From an uncultured delta proteobacterium (lineage in GTDB: Bacteria > Desulfobacterota > Desulfobacteria > Desulfobacterales > JAHEIW01), in NCBI GenBank assembly GCA_963706575.1, contig CAVPNL010000006.1, forward strand, positions 926,519 through 990,518: DNA of 64,000 nt, in the 5' to 3' direction. This document shows positions 30,445 to 40,564 of the stretch, in pieces. The position numbers were made by a program, and so were the translations under genes. Position 1 is the stretch's first letter. Every line of letters starts with the position of its first letter. The notes beneath the pieces are model-generated. The model saw only the letters and a program-made list of their open reading frames with translations, did no database searches and was not told the DNA's origin.

Positions 30445-30741
30445 ATGGAGACATCAATGAATAAAACGGAAGAACAGGTTTTAGAGGACAAAATTGAGAA
30501 TCTAATTGCAATTGGCGCTGCCACGGCAGCAAATTGTATTCCCTGCTTTGAACACCTTTATGAAAAAGCCATCAATTCTGGTATCACATTAGCAGAGATT
30601 AAACGGGCTTCTGATATTGCCGGATTGGTTAAAAAAGGCGCTCATATTGCGCTTACAAACAGCGTTAATGAACTCATCGGAATAGAAGAAACCGATAACA
30701 TGCCGTGCGACCAGACAGCGAACAAATCTTGTTGCAGCTAA
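30445..30741 (+). CDS. Carboxymuconolactone decarboxylase/AhpD-like protein with C-terminal CC
   Basis: LIAIGAATAANCIPCFEH; ends KSCCS. Confidence 0.8.
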   Translation: METSMNKTEEQVLEDKIENLIAIGAATAANCIPCFEHLYEKAINSGITLAEIKRASDIAGLVKKGAHIALTNSVNELIGIEETDNMPCDQTANKSCCS

Positions 30742-30778
30742 TTACGAACCTTGTAGAATAAAAATAAAGAACAGAAAA

Positions 30779-31330
30779 ATGGATTATTGGGATATATATC
30801 ACAATTACTATGAACGCGTAAAAAGGTTCATTTTTACGCTTGTTAAAGATCAATGGGTGGCCGATGATTTAATCCAGGAGACTTTCATCAAGGTACAAAA
30901 AAACCTGAACCAGTTGAAAGAAGAAGCCAAGCTTTCTTCTTGGATTTTTAAAATTGCCTACAACCTTTGTCAGGATCACTTTCGACAAGTCAGCCAATCA
31001 TCTAAAAGAGAACGCGTTCCTAGCGAAGAAAGGCAATTTCTAACAGAACCGCTATTCCAAAAAGAATTTGAGCAACATCAAATGGGAGAATGCGTCCAAG
31101 ACAAAATCAGATTATTGCCGGAATCATATCAGACCGTGCTGGTTCTTTTTGATCTGATGGAATTCAGCCATCAGGAAATCGCCGAGATTCTCGATATATC
31201 TGTTGAGAATGTCAAGGTTAGATTACACCGCGCCCGCAAGAAATTAAAAATAATCCTGGAAAAAGAATGCAGATTCGAAGTCGACGAACGAAATGTCTTT
31301 ATTTGCGATCCTGTCTCAAGCAAAAACTAG
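30779..31330 (+). CDS. ECF sigma-70 factor with Cys-containing C-terminal tail
   Basis: ADDLIQETF, SSWIFKIA.N, NVKVRLHRAR, CRFEVDERNVFIC. Confidence 0.92.
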   Translation: MDYWDIYHNYYERVKRFIFTLVKDQWVADDLIQETFIKVQKNLNQLKEEAKLSSWIFKIAYNLCQDHFRQVSQSSKRERVPSEERQFLTEPLFQKEFEQHQMGECVQDKIRLLPESYQTVLVLFDLMEFSHQEIAEILDISVENVKVRLHRARKKLKIILEKECRFEVDERNVFICDPVSSKN

Positions 31331-31473
31331 AACCCATCTCAAAAATGTCTTTTGGCCCCATATCTTTGTTGGTGCCTGGCTTCAAATCCTCGACATACAA
31401 CAGTATGCCTGCGGTTTTAAGCTCGGCCCCGCCGCGATCTTGAACAGAAATCCTATTTTTGAGATGGGTTCTA
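31328..31473. mobile_element. MITE-like element family A, copy 3
   Basis: Perfect 19-bp TIR TAGAACCCATCTCAAAAAT; its TAG is the sigma stop codon. Confidence 0.88.
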
Positions 31474-31549
31474 ATATATTATTTTATCGGGTAATTAGAA
31501 AGGGTCTTAACCCTCGCCCGTGAACTTATCTTGAGGAAGGAGTCTACAA

Positions 31550-32347
31550 ATGCACGACAAAGATTCACCGTTCCCAATTGCTGACTCACATGGCAGGCTT
31601 GAGTGTAAGGAACTCTGGGGAGGTATCCGCAATAGAGATTCAGAGGTCTCTGCCGGAAAAGTCATCGGTTCTATCTATTCTACACCTTGTTGCGAGGGCG
31701 GAAAGGGTGGAGACATCTACTATTTTGGAGTTTGCAAAGGCGGCATCATAACTCGACTGGCTATAGCAGATGTTACCGGTCACGGCGAGGCAGTCTCGGA
31801 AATAAGCCAGTATGTCTATGACACTTTAAAAGCGCACATTTGAGAGCCGGACAGTCGGGTCATTCTGGGCGAAGTTAACCAACGAATAAGCAGCCGCAGC
31901 CTGGATGCCATGACTACCGCGGCAGTTGTCGCGTATTATCGAGAGGAGAGCGAAGCGAGAGTGTCTTATGCCGGTCACCCTCCTGTCCTATACCAGCGGG
32001 CCAACGACAGGGTCTGGTCCTACGCCAGACCGCCTGGTCGTAAAGGTCAAAGTGATGGCACTCCACTAAACATACCCCTTGCTATCGACTTGGATACACT
32101 TTACAGCCAGATTACGATTTCGATGACCCCCGGAGACCGTCTCTTTGCCTATACCGATGGAATCATTGACGCGCCCAATCCCGAGGGTGAAAGTTTTGGA
32201 TTAGATCGCCTCAAAGATGCCCTTGATGCAAATACAGGAACCACCTTGGCTGAACTTAAATCGGCTGTCCTCAAAACATTGCATGAATTTACTGAAGCAG
32301 AGCTAAACCATGATGACATTACTCTGATTGCCATGGAGATTTGTTAA
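31550..32347 (+). CDS. SpoIIE/PP2C-family phosphatase with in-frame TGA at 31841-31843
   Basis: GGDIY, ADVTGHG, AGHPP, YTDG, DDITL all in one frame across a single TGA. Confidence 0.8.
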
Positions 32348-32370
32348 CGCTTTACCCATAATTCGTTATT

Positions 32371-33042
32371 ATGGAATCGATAAATTATTCTAAATACTTA
32401 ATGCTTTCGGCACTTGTTATCGCATGGTGCGTCCTACACAGTGCAATGATATCGATTTCAGCAACAGGATATTTCAAAAGACGCTTGGGATCCAAGTATC
32501 GTTTTTATCGTTTATTTTTCAACCTGATTGCCATTCTAACGCTAATACCGGTCGCTTTATTTGCATATTCGATACGAACTGAAGCACTATTCCATTGGAA
32601 TGGATATATGCGCATCGGCCAGGTTCTATTACTTGTAATATCTTTTTTGTTGTTCTACCTTGGCGGGCGTCATTATGGTGTCCGTCAGGTTTTGGGAATT
32701 AAACAGATAAAAGAAGGAACCTCGAGCAAAGCGATTACCGATACAGGTGAGTTAGACACTTCAGGTGTCCTTGGAATAACCCGGCATCCATGGTATCTCG
32801 CAGTTATTCTACTTATCTGGGCACGCCAAATGGACGTATCTGTGATATTTGTAAATGTAATACTTACATCCTATTTGATTGTAGGAACTTATCTCGAAGA
32901 AAGAAAACTTATAAGGGAATTTGGAGAAAAATACCTGACCTATCAGCAGAAAGTGTCTATGCTCATACCATACAAGTGGCTTAAGTCTAAAATAATTATG
33001 AGGTATGGCGCGCCTAACCAAACAAATTCTTCCGACGCGTGA
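32371..33042 (+). CDS. Isoprenylcysteine carboxyl methyltransferase / NnrU-like membrane protein
   Basis: W..LHS, TRHPWY, EERKL..EFG..Y..Y...V.M.IP. Confidence 0.82.
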   Translation: MESINYSKYLMLSALVIAWCVLHSAMISISATGYFKRRLGSKYRFYRLFFNLIAILTLIPVALFAYSIRTEALFHWNGYMRIGQVLLLVISFLLFYLGGRHYGVRQVLGIKQIKEGTSSKAITDTGELDTSGVLGITRHPWYLAVILLIWARQMDVSVIFVNVILTSYLIVGTYLEERKLIREFGEKYLTYQQKVSMLIPYKWLKSKIIMRYGAPNQTNSSDA

Positions 33043-33170
33043 ACCTTAGGATGATTCGACGCATTCCAGGAAAAATAAAAATTATTTCTCAGTCTTATTT
33101 TTTTAATAATTGTTGTGGATTATAATTGAGTGGCGGTTTTATGATTGATTAGGGAGAAAGGAGTAAGGGA

Positions 33171-33500
33171 ATGGAAGAGAAAATACCACGAACCGTAAGT
33201 CGGGATTTGACTTTTGAAAACGGTAAGGCAATCGGCATCAGTAACAGGTGGAATAAAGGACAGTATTGCGCGATCTTAACGGAGGCCGGCATCGTGGGGT
33301 GCGGGATCTACGATATCGCAACCGCAGCTGAATTTGACATGGCCCTGGCAATTGCCAAAGGTACTCCTGAGCACCCGCTCGTCGAACCGGAAGACCTTTT
33401 TAATGCAAAGATCGTCAATCTAACACCCAGGGCAAGAGATTTTGGTATTGAGATTGGAATGACAGGCAAACAGGCAGTTGAATTGATGTTGCAGGCCTAA
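33171..33500 (+). CDS. DUF1805 (YunC-like) protein
   Basis: GIVGCGIYD...; GIEIGMTGKQA. Confidence 0.7.
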   Translation: MEEKIPRTVSRDLTFENGKAIGISNRWNKGQYCAILTEAGIVGCGIYDIATAAEFDMALAIAKGTPEHPLVEPEDLFNAKIVNLTPRARDFGIEIGMTGKQAVELMLQA

Positions 33501-33520
33501 CCTCAACAGGGAGGAATTCC

Positions 33521-34669
33521 ATGAGTATGAATAATTTAAGTGCGTCTAATCGTTTTGATTTAGATGGTTGCGAACGGACAATGAAGGCTGTCGTCACCAC
33601 CGGAAACGGGGGATACGACAAGTTGGCGTATCGCGATGTGCCTATACCCGTTCTTGGCCCTGGAGAGGCGCTGTTGCAGGTTCTTGCCGCCGGTGTGAAT
33701 AACACTGAAATTAACACCCGGCTGGGATGGTATTCTTCATCTGTTACCGACAGCACCGAAACAGCTGCGGAAATCGAAGAAAAGCAGGCCACTGCCAAAG
33801 CGGATGGGGGTTGGAATGAAGCGACGCCCTTCCCATTTATACAAGGGACTGACTGCTGCGGCCGGGTTGTAGCCGTCGCCCCCGGGGAAGATGAAAGGCT
33901 TGTTGGTGAGCGAGCCCTGGTAAGACCTTGCATGCGCGTCACCGATTTTAACTCCATGGAAAATATCTGGATGGCATCCGATTTCGATGGTGCCTTCGCC
34001 CAATTTGTTAAGGTTCCCGCCGCAGAGGTTTTCCCGGTGAGGTCTGATTGGAGCGACGCCGAGTTGGGCACGATTCCCTGCGCCTATGGCACGGCCGAAA
34101 ATATGATTCATCGGGCCGGCGTAAAAAAGGGTGGCCATGTGCTAGTTGCCGGAGCATCAGGCGGGGTGGGCTCTGCCGTAGTTCAGCTCGCCATGCGACG
34201 GGGTGCTGTCGTAATCGCAATTGCGGGCAAGACCAAAATAGACCGGGTGCGATCACTTGGGGTCGCTAGCGTAATTGCGCGCGGCGATGATATTGTCGCC
34301 TCTTTGGGTGAGAAAACGGTGGATTTTGTCGTGGACAATGTAGGCGGACCTACCTTCCCGCAAATGCTAAAAGTACTAAAAAGAGGCGGAAAATTTGTTT
34401 CATCCGGCGCCATCGGCGGTCCGCTGGTGAGTCTCGACATGCGTGATTTTTACTTAAAGGATCTGACCTTAATTGGCTGCACCGCATGGGACGAGCCGGT
34501 TTTTCCCAATCTTATTTCCTATATCGAAAAAAACGAGATAAAGCCGCTCCTGGACAAAACTTTCCCATTGGAGCAGATTGCAGACGCCCAACGCCAATTT
34601 ATGGAGAAAAAGCACTTCGGCAAATTTGTGCTGATTCCACCTCCGGTGGAGTCACCGTATATAAAGTAG
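33521..34669 (+). CDS. MDR-family alcohol dehydrogenase / quinone oxidoreductase
   Basis: GVNNTEIN.R.GWY, GASGGVG, GKFVL. Confidence 0.9.
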   Translation: MSMNNLSASNRFDLDGCERTMKAVVTTGNGGYDKLAYRDVPIPVLGPGEALLQVLAAGVNNTEINTRLGWYSSSVTDSTETAAEIEEKQATAKADGGWNEATPFPFIQGTDCCGRVVAVAPGEDERLVGERALVRPCMRVTDFNSMENIWMASDFDGAFAQFVKVPAAEVFPVRSDWSDAELGTIPCAYGTAENMIHRAGVKKGGHVLVAGASGGVGSAVVQLAMRRGAVVIAIAGKTKIDRVRSLGVASVIARGDDIVASLGEKTVDFVVDNVGGPTFPQMLKVLKRGGKFVSSGAIGGPLVSLDMRDFYLKDLTLIGCTAWDEPVFPNLISYIEKNEIKPLLDKTFPLEQIADAQRQFMEKKHFGKFVLIPPPVESPYIK

Positions 34670-34692
34670 TAAAATCAGCCTTATTATCCTAA

Positions 34693-37143
34693 TTATTTGA
34701 TTTTGGTTTTATACAGGCGCAAGCTATTCGTAACGACCGAGACACTGCTGAAGGCCATGGCCAGGGCGGCCAGGATGGGATGCAGCTGGCGCAGCATATT
34801 GGGCAGGGATTCAAAGGGGTACAGGATGCCGGCGGCCACCGGAATTAAAATCACATTGTAACCGAAGGCCCAGAAAAGGTTTTGTTTGATGGTGTTCATG
34901 GTGGCCCGGCTCAATCGGATGGCCCGGGACACACCCCTGAGGCTGCCGCTGGAAAGAATGACATCGGCGGTTTCAATGGCCACATCGGTGCCGGTGCCGA
35001 TGGCCAGGCCGACATCGGCCTGGGCCAGGGCCGGGGCATCGTTGATACCGTCACCCACCATCCCGACCCGCTCGCCTTTTCCTGCAATTCTTTGACTTTG
35101 GATGATTTTTCATCCGGTTTGACTTCTGAAAATATATCGTCGATATGAACCTGGTTGCCAATGTTCTGAGCGGTTTCCAGATTGTCCCCGGTGAGCATGA
35201 CGACTTTAAGGCCCTGATCCTGCAGCTCCCGGATCGCCTCCGCAGAATCGGGTTTGATCTCATCGGATACCGCAATCAAGCCGCAAAGCCGGTTTTCCCG
35301 GGCAACCACCATTACGGTTTTGCCCTGGGATTGCAGCTGTCGGATCCGGTCGGCTGCCGAATCCATGGGTATCTTTAATTCCGTGAACCAATCCGGTTTG
35401 CCTACCATTACCATACTGCCGTTAATCCGCGCCTGAACCCCCAGTCCGCCGGAGGCTTTAAATTCTTCGGGTGCCGAGAGTTCGAGCGCTTCGGATTCGG
35501 CATGCTTGACGATGGCTTTGCCCAGCGGATGCTCCGAGCCTTTTTCAACCGAGGCCCCCAATTTTAAAAGATCTTCCGTTGTCTTGCATTCCGGCTCGAT
35601 CGGAATGATATCCATGACGGCGGGTTTGCCGATGGTGATCGTTCCGGTTTTATCCAGTACAATGGTATCGAGCTTTGGTCGCCATCTCAAGGGCTTCGCT
35701 GTTTTTAAACAAAATACCCCTTTCGGCACCCTTGCCGGTGCCGGCCATGATCGCGGTCGGTGTTGCCAGACCCAGCGCACACGGGCAGGCGATGACCAGC
35801 ACCGCCACCAGTCGAATCATGGCGGGAACAAATTCTCCGCCGATACCCCACCAGATAAAAAACACCGCAAATGCCAATGCGATGATGGTCGGTACAAATA
35901 CAGCGGCAACCTTGTCGGCCAGGGCCTGAATGGGTGCTTTGCTTCCCTGGGCCTCCTGGACCAGACGGATGATCTGGGCCAGGACGGTATCTTTGCCCAC
36001 CGCCGCCGCCTTGAACTTTAGAAGACCCTCCCCGTTGATGGTCCCGCCCACCACTTTATCGCCGGCCTGCTTGTCCACCGGCAGCGGTTCGCCGCTCAGC
36101 ATGGATTCATCCACCGATGATGCGCCCTCGATGACGATGCCGTCCACCGGAATGCGTTCACCCGGACGGACCAGCACCGTATCTTCCAGCTGAACCCGGG
36201 CAATGGGGATTTCTTTTTCAGCATCATTGTCAATAATCGTGGCGGTTTTGGGTCGCAGCCCGATCAGTTTGCGAATGGCCCCGCCGGTGCGCCCCTTGGT
36301 TCGGGATTCCAGCATTTTGCCCAGTTTGATCAGCGTAATGATGACCGCCGAGGTTTCAAAATAGACATGCTGGCCCAGTACCGGAAAAAAGAGCAGGGCC
36401 AGCGAATAAAAATAGGCCACCGAAGAGCCCATGGCGACCAGAACATCCATGTTGGCGCTTTTGTTTTTAAGGCTTTTAAATCCGTTTACATAATAATCCC
36501 AGCCCGTATAAAACTGGACCGGTGTGGCCAGCGCCCAGAAAAACCAGTTGACCCAGGCCGCGTGGCTCCACGGGCCGATGAGGCTAAAATCCCTGGCCAT
36601 GCTCAACGCAAAGAGCGGCAGCGCAAAAACGACGCCGACGATAAATTTGCGGGTTTGATCCCGAATCTCTGCCTGACGGGCGATTTGTTCGGCATCTTCT
36701 TCTTCTGAGATTTCCTCAGGCGAAATGACACCGTAACCGGCGGCTTCAATGGCTGCGATCATTTCCTGCAGGGTGGCAACCCCCGGAATGTATTCTACGG
36801 CGGCCCGCTCACTGGCAAAATTTACGGTGGCGTTGACAATGCCGGAAACCTTTTTGTTTAAGGCTCTTTCGATGTTGGCGGCACAGTTCGCGCAGGTCAT
36901 GCCGGTAACCGGGAATTCCACCTTGTTCGTCGGCACCGAATATCCGGAACCATCGATTTTTGCGACGACATCTCTTTAATGTTGCAACTGGGTCGGGTCA
37001 AAGGAGATGGCGGCCTGCTCGGCGGCAAAATTGACCTGTGCATCGGCTACACCGTTCAGTTTTTTGACCGCGCGCTCGATGTTCATGGCACAATTGGCGC
37101 AGGTCATGCCCGCCACCGGCAGGGTGATTTTGTCGTCGGACAT
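34693..37143 (-). CDS. copA: Copper-translocating P1B-type ATPase, interrupted at about 36977, 35678 and 35070
   Basis: Two GMTCANC domains, [30 protein letters not shown] and MAFSS spread over three frames. Confidence 0.9.
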
Positions 37144-37342
37144 TTATCGTAACCTATTGGTCATCTATGAGCTTTATTCGAGAAATATTTTTCACCACGA
37201 AGATCACGAAGTTCACAAAGACCTTCAAAGGATCAGTTTAATGTCTTTCTTTGTGATCTTCGTGCCCTTCGTGGTTTATTTACCTAATTGGTTAAGCCCC
37301 CGCAATCAAGAATCCCGGCACGCGCCAACCGGTTTGTACGGA

Positions 37343-38189
37343 TTAGGATTCCCTTTGAACGATAAACCAGGGATTGTGCAGATCCTCTTTATTATAAATC
37401 AGCGGTTTTGCGGTATCATGCTGGTAGACGCTGGCGCCGGCATATTCCGCAATGGCCTGACCGGCAGCCGTATCCCATTCCATGGTAGGGCCTAATCGGG
37501 GATATACATCCGCCCGGCCTTCTGCAACCAGACAGATCTTCAAGGGAACTGCCCGCCGAGATGAATTCGACATCGCCGAAGGCTTTGCGTTTTTCTTCGA
37601 CATAGGCTTCGAGTTCGGCGGTTTTATGCGAACGGCTGCCGACAATCGTCAGCGTTGTACGCTGTGGATCAATAACAGGCAATTTTGTAGATTGCCCTAT
37701 TATTTGATCCAGGAAATCACGGACGTCTTCCTTTGAATCTGCCTGCGCATCCAGCATTTCGTTGAAAGGGCCGTCTTGTAGTTTATAGGCCCCAAAATCC
37801 TGCCCCGCGAAATAGAGGGTGTTTCGATCCGGCACAAAAATGGTGCCCAGCACCGGGCGGCTGTTTTCAATCAGAGCGATATTAACCGTAAACTCGCCGT
37901 TGCGCTTGATGAATTCTTTGGTACCGTCCAATGGATCTACGACCCAAAAGCGCTCCCAATCTTTGCGCTGCGCATAAGGCGTGTCTTTGCCTTCCTCGCT
38001 GAGGATCGGAATTTCAAATTCCGTTAACACATTCATTATGATTTCATGGGATTTCTGATCGGCAAGGGTCAAGGGCGATTTGTCGGACTTGTATTCCACC
38101 CCGAAATCTTCTGAATGGTATACTTCGTTAATGGCATTGCCGGCGGCGATGGACGCCTGGATCGATCTCAAGAGGGGCTTTAGATCCAT
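37343..38189 (-). CDS. cysQ: 3'(2'),5'-bisphosphate nucleotidase, one frameshift near 37543
   Basis: SPLTLAD, LSEE, DPLDGTKEF, SRSH, GSS/LK.C, EWDTAAG. Confidence 0.92.
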
Positions 38190-38225
38190 TTTTTCGGTTC
38201 CTATTCTCGAGTCAACTGAATGCCG

Positions 38226-38429
38226 CTAAACAGCCGGGTAGTTAATTTCGCTTAATTTACTCTTAATGCTGTCTTCGGTGGCCGGAGCGTCCCATTCCAC
38301 CTCAACTCTTTTGCCTTCGATGTCGCCCTCCACCGCTGAAACCCCATCGAGCTCGTTTAATTCGGTTTTGATCGCATTGACACAGTGTCCGCATGAAATA
38401 CTGGGGATTGAAAATGATTTTTTCTCCAT
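38226..38429 (-). CDS. copZ: Copper chaperone (HMA domain)
   Basis: ISCGHC, 67 aa, near copA. Confidence 0.88.
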   Translation of the reverse strand: MEKKSFSIPSISCGHCVNAIKTELNELDGVSAVEGDIEGKRVEVEWDAPATEDSIKSKLSEINYPAV

Positions 38430-38450
38430 GTCGTCGTACCTCCTTTGTCA

Positions 38451-38603
38451 AGAATTGCTTTCAAAACCCTATCTAAGGCCCAATTGCTGCGTTGTCCCGC
38501 GAATTGAAATGCTCACGTACTAACGTGTACGCTCGGACACACGAGTTTCAATTCACGGGTCGCCTTGCCCTTGAACCTGATCTGAGGTTTTCAAACCAAT
38601 TCT
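38451..38603. mobile_element. MITE-like element family B
   Basis: AGAATTGCTTTCAAAACC...GGTTTTCAAACCAATTCT; core shared with 59392-59538. Confidence 0.75.
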
Positions 38604-38605
38604 AT

Positions 38606-39410
38606 TTAGTTGCCAGGATAACGCCTGGCGATGGTGTTGAAATCATTGGGCAGCAGAATTTGAGCAAAGCGTTTACCCTGTTTGCTGTGTTCCTTGTAAA
38701 AGCCGATGCAATCTTTAACAATCTGCCGCACCTGCTCCTCATTATAAACACCGGGAAGTTCCCTGGCAAGCTGGGGGTGCCGGCCGAGTTTGCCCCCCAG
38801 CTGCACCCGGTATCCTTTTTGGCCTTCCATCAGGCTTCCGGTGGGGCATACCGGCATGCACTTGCCGCATTTCAGGCAGAGGTCACTATCAACGACCGGG
38901 CCATCCTTTGCAGGATCAAGAAAGATCGCATCTTCCTTGCAGGCCTCTAACACAGGCTTCACACATCGAACAGGGCTCATCGGTTACCACGGGAGCACAG
39001 GCGCCGATGATCCCGATGTCTTTTATTTGGGGCTGGGAGCATGCATTCGGGCAGTCCGCCAGCGTGATGCGAAATTCATGGTGAAACTTTAGATCGCCTT
39101 TGACGTTTTGTTTCAGAAAGCCGAGCAAGTCTTCTTTGGCAACATCAGTCTCGATCTGCGCGATCAACGCATCGCTGATGATGGCGCGGTTCGGGCATCC
39201 GCTGGGGCCGAAACAGGTCTCGATCTGGTACCCTTTGATTTCTGAACTCATGCTGGTTAGAAAACGGGCCTGGGTTGCCTTAACATCGGCAAGCGATACC
39301 GCCGGTTTGCCGGCTTCTTTGGCCTCTTTTTCGACGCGAGCCTTTACTTTTTTCCGGACAAAAAAGGGGACTTTTTTAAGCGCTTCTTCAGCTTCCGACA
39401 TCCATTTCAT
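38606..39410 (-). CDS. Nitrite/sulfite reductase 4Fe-4S domain protein with PCP_red-like N-terminus, frameshift near 38949
   Basis: W..EAEEALKKVPFFVRKK; CFGPSGC; CPNACS; two CxxCxxCxxxC motifs; GGKLGRHP. Confidence 0.85.
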
Positions 39411-39539
39411 CAGCATTCCTCTTCTGGTGAACTTTCGATTCCCCCGACTTTTATGAGGGAGAACCAATATAATAATCCATTTAATCGTTTGCAAGTTGGA
39501 CGCTATGATTTACGAGGAGGGATGTGATCGTGGAAGCGG

Positions 39540-40235
39540 CTATTCGTTATTTACCATCTGCAGCGCTTTTTGCGCTATTTCACCCACCGAACGCCTTATG
39601 ATATGCCCGTCGAGATAGATGCTTAATTCAGCGCTGTCGTCCCTTAGTTGGTTGAGTATGGCCGTTGTATTCTTGTTTCGCAATGCCCCTGCTGCCCAGG
39701 CTGCCAGTCCGCGCAGATGCGGATCGTCGGTCTGCATGTAGGGGTGCAGGTAATCGACCGAAGCTTTTAAAAGCTGAGGCCGTGCATGCGCAAGCCGGCC
39801 GACACCCCATAGGACGCCCCGTTGCAGGACTTCGTGTTCAAGATAGTTTCCATCGGGTTGTATATATGAAATCAGGATACACCAGAACTCCTCGGCCAGG
39901 TTTTCATTGCGGGCCATGATCTCGCCCATAGCCTCCGGACATCCCCAGCCGATGCCGCCGGATTCATCGTTGAGCTGCCACATGTAGCGCCTCATGATCA
40001 CCCGGGCAGATTCCATCTCCATATCTGCCAAGCAGTCGACAATTTCCCCCATGGCCGTTACCGCCCGCCATTTCAGTAATTCATCCGGGCTGCACAGAAA
40101 TGAAAAAAGCGGATTGATGGCCTTTCTGGCCGGCATGCGGCCGATTTCTGCCAACCCGCTTTCAAGGTTTTTCTGCAGAAGAAGCTTCTGGATCTCTTTT
40201 TTTAGCTGCCGGCTGCTGGTTTGATAACGGCTCAT
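39540..40235 (-). CDS. HEAT-repeat protein (DVU0298-like)
   Basis: ESARVIMRR.MWQLNDESGGIGWGCPEAMGE. Confidence 0.75.
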   Translation of the reverse strand: MSRYQTSSRQLKKEIQKLLLQKNLESGLAEIGRMPARKAINPLFSFLCSPDELLKWRAVTAMGEIVDCLADMEMESARVIMRRYMWQLNDESGGIGWGCPEAMGEIMARNENLAEEFWCILISYIQPDGNYLEHEVLQRGVLWGVGRLAHARPQLLKASVDYLHPYMQTDDPHLRGLAAWAAGALRNKNTTAILNQLRDDSAELSIYLDGHIIRRSVGEIAQKALQMVNNE

Positions 40236-40374
40236 GTTATTAAAAATATACCGGGATGCTTGCCTTATTTATATCTTACCACGAAGCTCACGAAGAGTAC
40301 GAAGCAACAAATTTAAAAGTTTATAAGCTGGTCTTCGTGCACCTTCGTGTTCTTTGTGGTGAATGCTAAATATA

Positions 40375-40563
40375 TTACGTTTCCCAGTAAATACAATCGA
40401 CGGGGCAGTATTTTATGGCGTCATTAACGTCAGATTCAGGATAGACCGCAAGTTCCATGACTTCGATATAGCCGGCATCATTTAATCGAAATACCTGTGG
40501 ACATGTTTCCACGCATACGCCGCACACGATACAATCACTGAGTTCAACAACCGGAATTTTCAT
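40375..40563 (-). CDS. Ferredoxin (single 4Fe-4S)
   Basis: CIVCGVCVETCP...CPVDCI. Confidence 0.9.
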   Translation of the reverse strand: MKIPVVELSDCIVCGVCVETCPQVFRLNDAGYIEVMELAVYPESDVNDAIKYCPVDCIYWET

Positions 40564-40564
40564 T

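Noticed and set aside
34693..37143. Naturally split or pseudogenised copA
   Set aside because: Indel pattern with intact motifs is better explained by sequencing error; cannot be confirmed without reads
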